Below the pieces are notes generated by a model. It made no database searches, had not been told where the DNA came from, and saw only the letters and a program-made list of their open reading frames with translations. A program made the position numbers and the translations under genes. DNA of 63,345 nt, filler included, from Choristocarpus tenellus KU-1152 (Eukaryota; Protista; Phaeophyceae), in assembly GCA_964200185.2 (NCBI GenBank). It is 10 parts of 10 records of this genome, joined end to end, with 100 filler letters (N's around TTAATTAATTAA, not from the genome) between each part and the next. Parts side by side here need not be neighbours in the genome. Positions count along the whole stretch, not along the records: positions 7,804 to 13,773 come from CAXNAD020009286.1; positions 13,874 to 32,897 come from CAXNAD020000497.1; 8 more parts are not named here. The stretch is one strand, 5' to 3'. Position 1 is the stretch's first letter, and each line of letters begins with the position of its first letter. Below, in pieces: positions 12,207 to 24,318 of the stretch.

Positions 12207-13647
12207 GCTGGAGGTGGGGTTGGTTTGTTCTTGGTTTATGTTTTTGTGGAGAGGTGATGGTAGCGCAAGTAATGGGATGAAAAAGGCGTTTTGGAGCTTT
12301 TTTTTTTCTTGTGGAGTCTTTGAGATAATAAAGAGTTTTCTTTTTGTTTGGTATGAATGATACACAGTAGTGTTAGTACCATTACAGTATGTAGCCCATG
12401 GTAGTTTAAGCATATGCTATTTGAGAGTATTTTTGTTTCTAGCAATGTATTATTTTTATTATTTGATTTAGAGGAGACGCGCAGATTAGAACATGGGGGG
12501 AGCGCTTTGCGTATGAAACTTACCTAAAGTACCACCACCAGACAGATCGATAGGGGTTTTTTGACATGAAAAGGGTCTCTGTGGAGGAGCTTTTGTGTGT
12601 GAAACTGTTTGGTGTTTTATTGCTCTTTTGGCATCAATATCATAGTGTAGAGGTGGCCGGGATTGTGTAGAGTAGGTATGCAAGTGTTAAATGGATTGGG
12701 TGCATCGAAGGTACAGTAAAAAAGGTACAGCAGATAGGGGTACAGTTGGTATTATGGTGTTGCAAAGAGGGTATGGTGTAGGAAAAATAAAAGAGTATGT
12801 TGTAGCTGGGTATAGGCATTATTGGTGTTGCGATGTATGTTTGCAGGTACAGCACAAAAAGGTATAGTGTGGTAGAACTGTAGGAATGAATGTGCCATGA
12901 AGAAGGTTCCAGATGTGGGACAGATAGGGTATGCGCTAGTGAGGTCGATGAACACCTCGATATATGTATGTACTACAAGGAGGTACAGGTGGAGGAAACG
13001 AAATTTGTTCACTATGCAGAACATATGTGCACACCACAAAAATGGTATAAATGTAGCACAAATGTGCATGAGATACACTGACTTTACGTTGTATTTGGCA
13101 TGATGAGTACTGCGATGTGAGTACTAGAAAAAGGTACAGGTATAGCCCGAAGAGGGTGCACTGCAATACAGTGTATGCGCTACGAAAGGTTACAGATGCG
13201 ACACAAAAGGGTATACTGTAGTATGCACTAGGAATGGCAAGCACTTGGGAGTGTATTTGGTGCTGTGGGACGCAGTGGTTTTCGCCAAGACCTGGCCGTG
13301 GAAGGGTTTGCGAGTTCTCTGTTTCTAAGCGGACCGCTGGTTTTGCAGGTTCTGTGGGATCTCACCTCTAAGTGAGGCCGTGCATGTAGACACACGATGC
13401 ATCTAGTAGCTTTTTTCATGCTTAACAAACTCCATTTCTTCTTCTTATCCCCGAAACATGCTTCCCCCCCCCCCCCCCACTCTCCTTCTTCACAGGAAGC
13501 GTGGATGCTAGCGGAAACTGACCACCTTCGACTCTTGGTTCCAGCAGGACAATGTGCTGGTACCGGTACCGGTACCGGGACTGGGACTGGGACTGGTGAG
13601 GGTGTTGGAGGTGCTGCGTTACAAACTCCTCCTGATGATGGTTCGAG
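7804..13647 (+). CDS. Partial multi-exon gene encoding at least two tandem bacterial-type SH3 (SH3b / SH3_3-like) domains followed by a Gly-Thr linker
   Basis: Phase-0-compatible GT-AG exons <7805-7861 (LPDGALLRVRADAHQMATE), 9500-9670 (VTQVPAEGGTLFEVVEQEGDYVRILMGAEASAWMALSAQGTPLLMP...), 11525-11677 (LIAQHGSAVKLCVRSAPHGEGTPLGELSAGQVVNALGKKGDWLRVIYGGHK) and 13496-13647 (EAWMLAETDHLRLLVPAGQCAGTGTGTGTG...). The pattern LxVRxxP...LGxLxxGxxV...GDWxRV...W appears twice. Truncated by contig ends on both sides. Confidence 0.75.
7920..8017. repeat. (GT)n microsatellite
   Basis: Directly visible. Confidence 0.95.
9020..9373. mobile_element. Foldback/TIR element with (CCCTAA)3 in its arms, intronic
   Basis: Left arm gtctcatgtgtcacatagagtcccctaaccctaaccctaacc...tttgtctatttt...aacactaat is an imperfect reverse complement of 9266-9373. 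Confidence 0.65.
9661..10400 (+). repeat. Degenerate ~55-60 bp-period tandem array built on the exon/5'-splice-site motif GGACCCTRTG|GTGAGATGAT
   Basis: About 12 motif copies at ~9661, 9751, 9807, 9907, 9964, 10023, 10082, 10136, 10201, 10262, 10311 and 10371; the last four form a more recent ~110-bp duplication. Confidence 0.8.
10739..10880. repeat. (ATT)n microsatellite
   Basis: Directly visible; the source of the poly-I and poly-L pseudo-ORFs. Confidence 0.95.
12160..12200. repeat. (AG)n microsatellite
   Basis: Directly visible. Confidence 0.95.
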
Positions 13648-13678
13648 GTAAGTGTTGCCATGGAGTTGGAGATGGTGT

Positions 13679-13710
<32 letters not shown>

Positions 13711-13773
13711 AGGGGGGGGGGGAGGGGGGTGTTTTGTTTAAAAAAAAAAAAGTTGTGGTTGTTTTTTTTTTTT

Positions 13774-13873
13774 NNNNNNNNNNNNNNNNNNNNNNNNNNN
13801 NNNNNNNNNNNNNNNNNTTAATTAATTAANNNNNNNNNNNNNNNNNNNNNNNNNNNNNNNNNNNNNNNNNNNN
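13774..13873. other. Artificial contig-joining linker
   Basis: Same N44-TTAATTAATTAA-N44 cassette. Confidence 0.98.
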
Positions 13874-13943
13874 CCAAAAATCGCGACATGAAAAAATTGA
13901 CCCCAAATGGACAGCCGCCACCCCCTCCCAGATACTTTGAGTC
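13874..13943 (+). mobile_element. MITE family B, right end at contig start
   Basis: ccaaaaatcgcgacatgaaaaaattgaccccaaatggacagccgccaccccctcccagatactttgagtc matches the right end of 61646-61824. Confidence 0.85.
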
Positions 13944-14268
13944 ACGTATGGCGGCACTGATGTTGTACTCATTCTTAAGCAAGGTTCATGGCACAGCATG
14001 AGATTGACCGCATTCACTTGAAGAAACGTTGTTGGTATTTTCGTTGAACCATTCAACATCTAGAAGCTCCACCTCATCGTGTGAAAAGCAGTAGTCTCCG
14101 ATATGTTGAAGGTCGAAGTATCCACCAGGGGCACTTAATATATATAATTTTTTAACCATTTAGCGTGGGGACTATATTGGCCTGTAAACAGGGGCATTAC
14201 GCACTACAACTACTTCTCATCTGTAATAACTACTACTCTGGAAGCTACCTGCTGTGCTGTGACTAATT

Positions 14269-14526
14269 GAGCCAAAGTATCTTAGGGGGTAGGGCCACGT
14301 TCATTTGGGGCCAAAATCTAATGTTGCGATTTTGATGTAATTTTGGCTATCGTGTTTGTTAGGAAGTGTCAATATCCTTTCCCGGACACACCTTTTCATA
14401 ATGTATACATCTTACCTACTCAGAAACATTTTGGAGTAGAAAAATGTATTGAAAAAAAAACATGGGAAGCCAAGCTCCAAATGGACAAACAGAGCAAAAC
14501 TCGTACCCTCTAAGATACTTTCACTC
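14269..14526 (+). mobile_element. MITE family A, copy 2 (258 bp)
   Basis: Same TIRs and body as copy 1; 3-bp duplication ATT/ATT. Confidence 0.9.
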
Positions 14527-15039
14527 ATTGTGCTGTCTCCGTCCATGCCTTTACGTACTTCTCACATGTTGAGTTCAACCATCCAATGTTCGTCGCTCCA
14601 GCAATGAAGCCTTCACCACCTCATTTTTGTGGTATTTGGACAGATAGGACGAGAGTACATGTGCACAAATTTGTAGTGCTTGCCATGTGGACTTTCGATC
14701 ATCAAAAACATATTTCCCTTAAAGTAATTCTGGTTTAAACCCACAAAACTAATGAAGGGGAAACTGGCGGTTAACTATTATTGAGGTGTGAGGAACCATT
14801 GCGAAGTTGTTGTACTACCTAGTATATATATATATTTTTTAGTAGTTTGAAAGGTATCACCCATCTTAATGCACCATCATTTAAATTAATCCACATGTAC
14901 ATATACAGTATTTCGTATTTCTCAAGGATCTTGTGTTCTCTGATACTATGCCCACTGACATTTTGTGGGTGCTATCAATTGAGGGAACCAAAAATAATTT
15001 TCTTGCTTTTCCTCTACGCACCTCTTGATCACGGATTTT

Positions 15040-15912
15040 CAGGGCTTTTCACCGAACCTGCTGTTAACTGGACCGGGCCCACAGGATGCCCCATTCCCCA
15101 GCCCAGTTACCATCCTGATGGCCCTGGATCGACCCTGCTAAAATATATGCTTAACTGGGATTGGCTCTGGTCTGATTGAAACTCTGGGTGGTCATATTGA
15201 AATATTTATTCCAGTCCGGTCCGGTTCAAACTTCTGACGGTCCTGGAAATATGATATGTCGACTGGATGGACCCGGTCAAGGTGGCTTAGGCTGGCTCTG
15301 TCGACATGTGTCGAACCAACCCTCCAAATATCACAAAAATATATGGGAATAATGTTTTTTTTGTTCTAGATGCATGTCAACCTACATTTGTAATAATCTC
15401 CATTGGCATTTTAAAGATTTTGTCAAGGGGTAAATAATTACACTAACCTGTATCACTCAAAGTAATTGCTTCATATTATTCTAGGGACTCACTACGACAT
15501 ATTGTACTGTCACTGTCAATTATGATGAAAAAGGCAACATTCATGTAGGGGACACCCTCCTCCGCTACTGCTGGACCATGAGAACGCTCTTCTGGCTCTG
15601 CACTATCTATTTTCTTAACAGATCCACAGCCCAGCCCCCAGGCCAGTCCGCAAACACAGTCCAGTTGCAATATTTTGGCGGTCCTGGACCAGCCATGTTG
15701 AGACGTGTTTCACTGGGGCCAGTCCACGGACTTGTCCGGTTAAAATCTCTGACGGTCATGAACCAACCCTGCTGAGAAATGTTTCACTGGTCCATGGCTC
15801 AGTCTGGTTAGAATATCTGAGGGACCTGGACTGGTCCCGTTAAGACGGATTTAACCGGGGCCAGCTTGCCACCCTGTCGCACAGCATCTACCTGGTTCGG
15901 TGAAAAGATCTG
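15040..15912. mobile_element. Non-autonomous hAT-like TIR element (873 bp)
   Basis: 21-bp TIRs CAGGGCTTTTCACCGAACCTG / reverse complement CAGATCTTTTCACCGAACCAG; many subterminal GGACC/GGTCC/CCGG motifs. The 8-bp flanks match only 4/8, so the TSD is not established; the hAT call rests on the CAGGG terminus. Confidence 0.6.
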
Positions 15913-16099
15913 TGGGCATTGGACCCCTCGGACTAATGTGAAGATAATCAAAACAAAAAATATATATGAAATCATGTTATTATTACTATATTCACCGAAC
16001 TACCATTGCTACCATTATTCTCATTAGTCTGAGAGGTCGTGGAAAAGAGGTAGATATTATAGGGAAAATAATAACACAGCAACACTTAAGAGAAATGGC

Positions 16100-16900
16100 A
16101 TACGCCAGCTATCGTGACTTGTTTGGCATCCCACGCGTACCTGAAGCTCCTCGTTCCATCAACCTCACTCCATACCGCCTAAATTATTTGTTTCCCTTAT
16201 ACTGCATCCCTCGACTGTGGATCCTAACTCCTCGGAGTCTTCTGCTTATAGACCGCATCCATCACTACTTCTCCTGTCCACCATGGTTCCGTTTTCAATC
16301 TGAAAGTTCCCTGGACATCAGCGCCTATGGGATTCGCTCAGCCTTCATATGTGCAACTGACCCTACGAACAAGAGCGTCCGTTTCCGCACAGTCACCTTG
16401 ATTCTGTCAAACTTAGTCTCCATGACAAGGGCAGCATCTTTGTAGGACAGTGTGCGGTCGGTGTATTTCCGTATTTTAAGTCGGATGCATTGCAGAGGAG
16501 CAATTGGTGGCCAAATACAATGCTTGATATTGCGAACCTGGTGGATTCTCCATGTCACACAGTCATATAGCAGCTCCTCAGGTACTTCCAGGCTTGAATA
16601 ATTAGATCTTAACCTCAATCAATAGACCTACCAACCTGTCACAAAAGCAGTTGGCTGTACTTGTGGAAATAGCCCCAGCCTTCTTGTCTTGAACCTTTTG
16701 ACTGATCTGGGCGATAATGTCAGTGTCATCACTGATTGTGTTTCTAAGGTAGTCAAACATGATAGTCTCCTTGTAACTTTGGCCCAAGCGCAGATCTGCA
16801 TTATATTCGCGGCTTTCTTGGAAGGTTGAAGACACATTGCCTAGGTATTAACTCAGACACTCTCACCCTGGATGTATGTCCTAGGCCACCTTCCTAATAG
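16100..16900 (-). mobile_element. RTE-like non-LTR retrotransposon (LINE) remnant, RT thumb and C-terminal region
   Basis: FDYLRNTISDDTDIIAQISQKV (cf. FxYLGSxIS..DxEIxxRI), LLYDCVTW (cf. LLYGCETW), RKRTLLFVGSVAHMKAERIP (cf. RxRxLxWxGHVxRMxxxRxP) and GGQEKxW, with stops and frameshifts. Confidence 0.8.
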
Positions 16901-17359
16901 TATAATGGTGTCATCATCCTTCACAGACGTGTTCAAGTCTTTGATACAATACCCGCATTGTCAGTATAGAGCAGAACCCATAGGTGCTCAAGTTTTGGCA
17001 CCCTCTCTGTGGCTCCTCCTCTCAACGTACCTACCCAGAGAACATCGATTCTTTGGGGGGTACACCAGAGTCGCGTCTAGAATATGTGCACAAAAACGCT
17101 ATTTGGGTGATTTAAGAAGTTACGCTTCTCAATGATGCTAAAACTACATACTCTACTTATAGTAGTCCTACTATGACAGAGATCCGGACCTCTATGGACC
17201 TTGAAGAAATAGTATTGTAAGTTTTGGGGGTATGATATGGGAACTGTTTGTATAAAAGAATCGATTTAATTATTTGTAATAAGGGAATACGTAGCAATCT
17301 TCGGCCTTGAAGGCTTCATTCACCCAACAATTATTTTTTTTGTGATGTGATCCGCTTAC

Positions 17360-19744
17360 CTTAGTGATTCGGTGTTCGTATGCATCTCCAGGTACATGTA
17401 CGCCCATTCTCATGTGGGAGAGGATGGGCTCAGTGATTTCTCCTTGCTTGTGGGTCATGCTGCGGTGTGGAATAACAGTCAACGCGAGGGAGGGGTAACG
17501 TACACTGCAAGAACAACAGCAAGCAGCAAGAAACCGTATCACAGTTTTCATCTGGAGAAATATCGAGTAAACCATCTAAGAGGGTAGGGCCGCGTCTGTT
17601 CGGGATAATAAATCCAATGTTGCGATTTTGATAGATTTTGGCTATCGTGTTTGTTACGAAGTGTCAATATCCTTACTCCGGAGACACCTCTCACAGTCCT
17701 ATAGATTTTACGCAACTGTGTTCACACAGAAAACCGAAAAAGAGCATAAGAAAATCGGTGGGAAGTCAAGCCCCAAATGGACAAACAGGGAAAAATTCGT
17801 ACCCTCTTAAATGTTTTGGGTCATCTGTCCATAAGGGGCAGGTTGTGTGATCCCTAATTAACAACAGAGCAAAGCATGACAAACAGTGATTTAAATCAGT
17901 ACTAACTATGATATTTGTAGCTACCGCTAGACACAAAAGTAGTGCAATCTATCAGTACCTACTTAACAACATACCTAACTCCCCTACCCTTCTATCTCCA
18001 TAGTTATTGCTTCAAACTGACCGTGGGAAAGTGGATGGGGGACATAAGAGTTACACAGTGAATGCCCCTTGCATTTGAATGGAAAATATATGTGTTTGAA
18101 ATAGTTACAGTCCTTGACATTTTGGAGCATTCAAGAATGCTCTCCATAACCCTATAAAATTGTCGGACTTAGCTCTGCCATAATGCTGTCCGTAACTTGG
18201 TAATTTCTTGATTTGAGGAGATCTTCAAATTATGTATATATAGATGTAGGTATATACTACGGTATCATGATATACCCTCCTGAGTATATTTATCACCTGG
18301 ACTTGATTCTTGCTCCACTCTGCTTGTGCAAGCTTGTGGGGTCTTACACTGGGTGCAAGCATCTGACATAGTAAAAAAACAGCACCTTTATCCCCGAACC
18401 TTGCTATCTAACAGTATTCAATGGGACTTTGGAAGAGGACCCCCTTCTCAGGCAGGCAACCGACCGATTTTGACATTTCTCGCAGTCCTTCATCCTGGAA
18501 ATCGGTAGTAGGCAGAGTGGCATGATTTTAAATGTGTCTACCACAAATAATTCAACATATACTATCATCATCTTTTTTTTCTTTTGTAGTTCTACCTTAC
18601 TGTCAATTTAACCAAAACCCTAAACACTGGTGCTCGAGATGATGTAGAAGGAAAGCCAAAGTATCTTAGACGGTAGAGCCGCGTCTATTTAGGGCCCACA
18701 GTCCAATGTTGCGATTTGATATAATTTTGGCTATCGTGTTTGTTAGGAAGTGTCAATATCAGTCAATATTCTTGTTCCAGACATGTACATGATACCTACT
18801 CCAAAACATATCGGAGTAGGAAAATGTCATAAAAAAAAACATGGGCAGCCAAGTCCCAAACGGACAAACAGGGCAAAACTCATACCCTAACCCTAAGATA
18901 CTTTCACTCAGAACCAAACAATGGGTAACACTGCTTGCCAAGAAAAAATCAGGTACTGAGTTATACGGTGATATGCAGCAACCCAACATTTATATTTAGT
19001 GCACTGCAGACTTTGAAGTATTGTTGGTATTTTGCTGTGTTTTGTTTTTCCTTCAGACCGTTTGTTTTGTTCCCTCCATGACGACATCTACTTTGTTCTA
19101 TTACTACAGGTTCGTATTGAACGCAGTTTTATTAGGGTTTGGGTCAAGTAAGGGTTAGGGCGTATGGCTATGGATTGTTGATCCATGTTTTGGCATCTGT
19201 CGAGTAGCCGACAGATATAATGGTTTGCTGTTAATAGATGTACTGGCTGCACAGTGGCTTGGTGAGCGTGCTAAGAGGGCGGATAAGCACACCTTTTTAT
19301 AAATATATGAAGTATTCAAGAAGGTGGCAGACAAACACACCCTCACCATGCAGAATGGTGAGCTTCTCACACCACAATGGTAATCTCCTTTGTCCCTTAA
19401 TCCCGTTGAGAGTAGAGGATAAGCACAACCTTTGGTCCACAATCCAAATAAGATTGATTTGGATATTTCTGTGGTTGAGAAATATTCAGGTATATCTTCT
19501 TACTTTCAGGTTTAGTCGAACACTTTGTTGCTTCCAAAACAAAATTTTGCTCATTTGAACTACTTCACCCACCTGTTCAACAATAGGTTGGCCTCGATTT
19601 GGTGAAAATCAATGGTGAAATGCTGGAAGACTCCTTCGTTTTCGTGGTCATGAAACAGCTCTTTTGAACCAGAACTCGCAGTTCTGACTCCTGTGGGCAT
19701 TGCTCCAAATTGAGAAAACTGTGATGAGAGTTCCTTATGGCCAC
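17360..19744 (-). CDS. Putative downstream exons of unknown function, possibly a 3' extension of the ankyrin-WW gene
   Basis: AG/GT-bounded, mutually phase-compatible exons 19744-19573, 19429-19347 and 17442-17360 read GGHKELSSQF...EANLLLNR-LCLSSTLNG...KLTILH-GEITEPILSHMRMGVHVPGDAYEHRITK. No domain recognised. Confidence 0.45.
17565..17822 (+). mobile_element. MITE family A, copy 3 (diverged)
   Basis: Diverged TIRs GAGTAAACCATCTAAGAGGGTA...TACCCTCTTAAATGTTTTGGGTC; 3-bp duplication ATC/ATC. Confidence 0.85.
18653..18909 (+). mobile_element. MITE family A, copy 4
   Basis: Same body; right TIR variant TACCCTAACCCTAAGATACTTTCACTC. Confidence 0.88.
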
Positions 19745-20362
19745 CTGATAGATACACATTTTTTTTGTTGAGTGGCAAAGATGCACTGGTTGTTTGTGTT
19801 TGCAGTTGCACTCTTGACCATCACTACATGTTGCACAAGTGTTCATACATGGCTGCATTACTTCTGATGGAGTGCTATTCCTACCTAGTAGATATTAGAA
19901 GTATTTATTTGATGCTAGGGACAGTTAGTTCACAAGGATTCAGAAACACGGCATTATGCCCACAGGTTTTTGCAAAAATACAACTTCAGAATGGTCTGAG
20001 TTGACTACCTGTCATTGATTGATTGAAAATATTGCTTGACAAAATTTGAATGTAATAGTTTATATCCTTATATTACGAGGGCGTGTTCTTTGAAGTAATA
20101 AACCATGTCAGAAATAATGTGATATACAACATCTGTCTCCACTGTGACCTCTCCAGAAAAGACTGAACCAATTTTCTGTTGAATGGTGGCATGGTGTTCG
20201 ACATATGGAATATTGGAATGTGTGTTCGCTCTTTATTGTTGCTCGTTGGAAACAGAAGCGGCCACTAAGATAAGGTATACACCCATGCAGGACAATTCGG
20301 CTCTTTATACATGAACATGAAGCAGGCATAACTCGTGGTCCGAAACATCACCCATTCACATA

Positions 20363-23300
20363 TTAGTCAATGGTAGCGACATGCTGTATGTTGAGAATTC
20401 TACTCTCATCTTTGACATCACCTTCTGATTCCAGGTTGAATAGATAGGGTGTGCACGAGGGGACTGGCGTCGTTGGTGCTGTTGGTGCTGAGGGTAACAC
20501 TCTTGACTTCTGTGCTGTCTGAGGAGGTGGTGCATTGCATTCTCCATCCCATGCGTCGGACCCTGGAGGTGGTGGTGGCTTATCTGTGATATCCATAACC
20601 GAACCTTCCAAAGTGGAAGAGCAGTCTGGCTCCGCCCACACAGACTCCCCAGAGGAGTTGAGGTAGTAGGGATAACCAGACGCAGGGTCATGGTAGAGAA
20701 CCCATTTCTTCAGCAGACAATGGGATTGGTTGAGGACAGGGCGTATTGGGGCCTGAGTCAGGGTCTCTATCACTGCCAGAATTTTTGGGAAGAGTATCTT
20801 TGTATATATTCAATATATACTTCCGAGTACCAAGTACCATACAATGGTTCTAAGGACAGCACCTCGTCCACTGCAGCATCAGAGTACTACAACTATGCAC
20901 GATTCAGGTAAAATGTGGCGCATATCACTCACAGACAAGTCCTCGCTCGAAGTACTTAACGCTTGTACGGTAGGATACATCTTATCTGGATACTAGAGCT
21001 CTAGGAAGCGATAACGATATTTTGTATGTCCTCAAATTCTCTATCAAATAGACATTTCTTTTTTGACCACACTACTGTAATACCACTATTGCCGACCCCA
21101 ACACAAGCAGGTATGAGATGTGGCCCTCGATCCCATCGCCCTCACCTCATCAGTAGTTTCTTCAACCCACTTGGACTCTCCTGAAGAGAGCAGGGAATAG
21201 TATCGGTAAGGTACGTACATAGATGGTCTACCGTATACTGTGCTCAGGGCAAAGCTCTATCCCGAGTATTCCCACTGTGTTCTTGACAAACTTATTAAGT
21301 GTAATCACTTTACAGCAGAGCGGATCTTGCTCATCAACTGGCTGATTTCAGTCGAAATGATACCTCCTGGACGGATAAGACTACGTTTCGTATGCAATAT
21401 TGTGGAATATATATCATGATGGAGGCAGATGACAAGGGCAGACTAGTCAGTCGGTGTTAAGGATGCTCATTGCAAAGTTCACTTTACAACTACAGGTCGA
21501 GCAGTAAGCTACTTGGTGCTGCAAAATACTTATTGTTTCACTAGGGCGTCATTGATATATTGTCTATCCCACATCTGCCTCATGCAGGTATGATTACAAC
21601 ACCTCAGTGAAAATGTTTCTTCTTAATTTGTCACCTGACAAGTGGTCATAGTAGTAGGCATCCCCATCTCCATTGTGGTAGAGCTGCCAATGATGCACAT
21701 CGTTCTGAGCCTCCTGAGAAACTTGTGAAGCTTCCAGAGGTGAGGACAATACACACGAGTCCTCGAACTCACCCCTTGCCGAAAATTTCTTGTCCTTCAA
21801 AATATTTTTTCCACTCCCAGCCGCATGACGGGAGGGTATTGTAACTTTCTGAGCCGAGGGGGTCATTCTTATGTCCTCTGTTTTGCTCATGGTAGTCAAT
21901 TTCTTCTCATTGAACTCGTCCTTACTGCATCTGGAAGAAAGGTTCAATTTGTCACAGGAGTTAAAGTATCTTATTAAGAGAGGTACGAGTATTGCCATGT
22001 TTGTCCATTTGGGGCTTGGCTTCCAACGTTTTTTTTTATGACATTTTACTACTCCTAAAATTTTTGGAGTAGTTAAAATGTATACGTTATGAAAATGTGT
22101 GTCCGGAACAAGGATATTGACACTTTCTATCAATCACGACAGCCAAAATTATATCAAAATCGGAACATTGGATTTTGCCCCCGAATGGATGGGGCTCTAC
22201 CCCCAAAAATACTTTGACTCAATGAATGGGGCAGAGGAAAACACGTCTGGTGTACTACCTCTTTATCCATAACAGTTGATGTACACTGGGCAAAGTGACA
22301 ACCAGCAGAGCGTGGTACTATGTACTATTGCACCCCAAGTATTCCAAGGTATAAAGGGTAGAAGTACGGGCAAACCATGGAATATATAATTACAAATAAT
22401 GGGTGCACTGAGTATCTGTACTCCTAGTACTTGAGATATCCTGGGCCTTCTGCAGATGAGGTCTGAAGTCAAAGCTACTATTACAAATAGTAAAATCGTG
22501 TGCCCTTTCGGAGTCATGATTAGAGGGTACTAATGGACACGTGTGAAACGCAACAAAACTCACAACTAATCCAATCGCTTATAAAACGCATCGGCCAAAT
22601 ATATTTCCGTCCAACATGCTTTCCTCCCTCAATGGCGATGATTACGTTCCAGAAGTTTTAGGTGTAATACTTCTCTCTTGCCAGGAGATCAGGAGGAAAT
22701 GGCAGGGGATCGGCATGTCTTTAGTGTTGTCTAGCCACCTACTGTAGTACTCGTAAATGTCAATTTTGCGTACACTATTGTGTACATAAACAGTGAATGG
22801 GGTGTATTGCACAGGGCATGAAAGATGACTTAGAATGCAAAAGGGCTTGAACCTGCCTATCTCTCAATTGCTGCACTATTATTTTGTCTGTCGATTCTAC
22901 AGAGAGTGCTAGTTGATATATTTTCTAAACGCCAACATATGCAAGGTGAAGCAAAATGTTGTTGGACAATTTGTTTAAAATAAATTTCAAGGCATTTGTG
23001 AGGTATTGGAAAACTCAAACAACAAGGATCAGCAGCAATGAAAGCAATGTTTGACCACCTGTTTGACGAGATCATCGTGTAGTCTCTGCGAAGAAGTTCA
23101 ACACAACGCTCGTACCCGTTCTTCTCCGCCCAAAACATTGGGGTCACTCCCATGGAATTCACCGCGGAAGGATCCACCCCGGCCTCAAGGAAACTTTTAA
23201 CTGCCTCTTCATTGCCATAGAAACATGCCTGGTTGTAGAAACACCAGAGTTCCGAGTTGGTCAGGAAATTGACCAGGCGTTCGTCAATTACAGGGATTCG

Positions 23301-23769
23301 TTTCAATAATTTATTTTGAGGTATCAATCCCTAACCATGGAGGTTTCTAACTTATATACAAGACATGGAAAGATAAACGAGTCAAAATTTCTTACCACAT
23401 GCAGCGGAGGGTTTCCATGCTTGTCCCTAGCATAAAAGCTCCCACCCTCCTTGATGTAGGCAGAGATAAAGGTGACATCGCCTGGCGCAAGGTAGAAGGT
23501 ATTTATGGGTCCTGAACTGAGGGTATCTTCAGACCCTACCCAATGCACCACTACCAGATGATCACGGATGGAAGGATGCTGTTCACAGTTAACTGTAACT
23601 TATCACCGTGATCTCTGCACTAACTACGAAGTATGTACTTTGGGATCTCACGCATAAGTTGTTCTAGGGGCTTCAAGATGTCAACCGAGAGAGGTCAGGG
23701 TAATTCTTGGACCTCACCTTTGCGAGCAGCCCAATGAATATCTATTTCTGGATTGATTTTATCAGCCAT
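20363..23769 (-). CDS. Ankyrin-repeat + 2x WW-domain protein (~327 aa) with a Pro-rich tail
   Basis: Phase-consistent exons 23769-23718 (MADKINPEIDIHWAARK), 23481-23396 (GDVTFISAY...DKHGNPPLHV), 23228-23059 (ACFYGNEEAVKSFLEAGVDPSAVNSMGVTPMFWAEKNG...), 21930-21635, 21180-21146 and 20707-20363. WW1 is WQLYHNGDGDAYYYDHLSGESKW; WW2 is WVLYHDPASGYPYYLNSSGESVWAEP. Confidence 0.85.
21958..22220 (-). mobile_element. MITE family A, copy 5 (inverted), in intron 3 of the ankyrin-WW gene about 27 nt from the exon
   Basis: Reverse-complement match to the other copies; no TSD visible. Confidence 0.88.
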
Positions 23770-24318
23770 CCGACTCCCGTGTCCTGTGTCCTTGTATCCT
23801 GGACGTGACTCCCTTCCACCAGTATATTTTTTACTCTGCCTGTAATGTGCCGAATATGGAGGTGTGTTTTGACTGCTACCTCATACTTCTTCTTAGGCCG
23901 ATATGATAGAACACAACGTCACAGGTCCAAATCCCTCTGATGGTCGATATCGGACCTACGTACGTTGGGTTGAGGGGTTCTCACAACTCTTTGCACTTCA
24001 GACCTCAAGGAGATCCCACGAGAAAAATGTTGCGATAACGTTAAGGGAATTGTTTTCGAATTGAGAGTCGAAAATCACAAATCACGACCACAACATAATC
24101 AACCCGAACCGGTACAAGGATCGTATCGAATGACATACCTGACGTTTCAAAGGTGTCAAGAAGGATGGAACGATAAAACATGCGTCCTAACATCAAGCTC
24201 CACAAAGAGAATTCCGACCAGATCAACAAGTGTATAGTCAAGACAAAAAAAGTGAGTAGGGCTGCCCTTCGGCCTTGAGTAATTGGCCTAGAAGCTGATA
24301 GTGGAGGGCGCTAGACGC

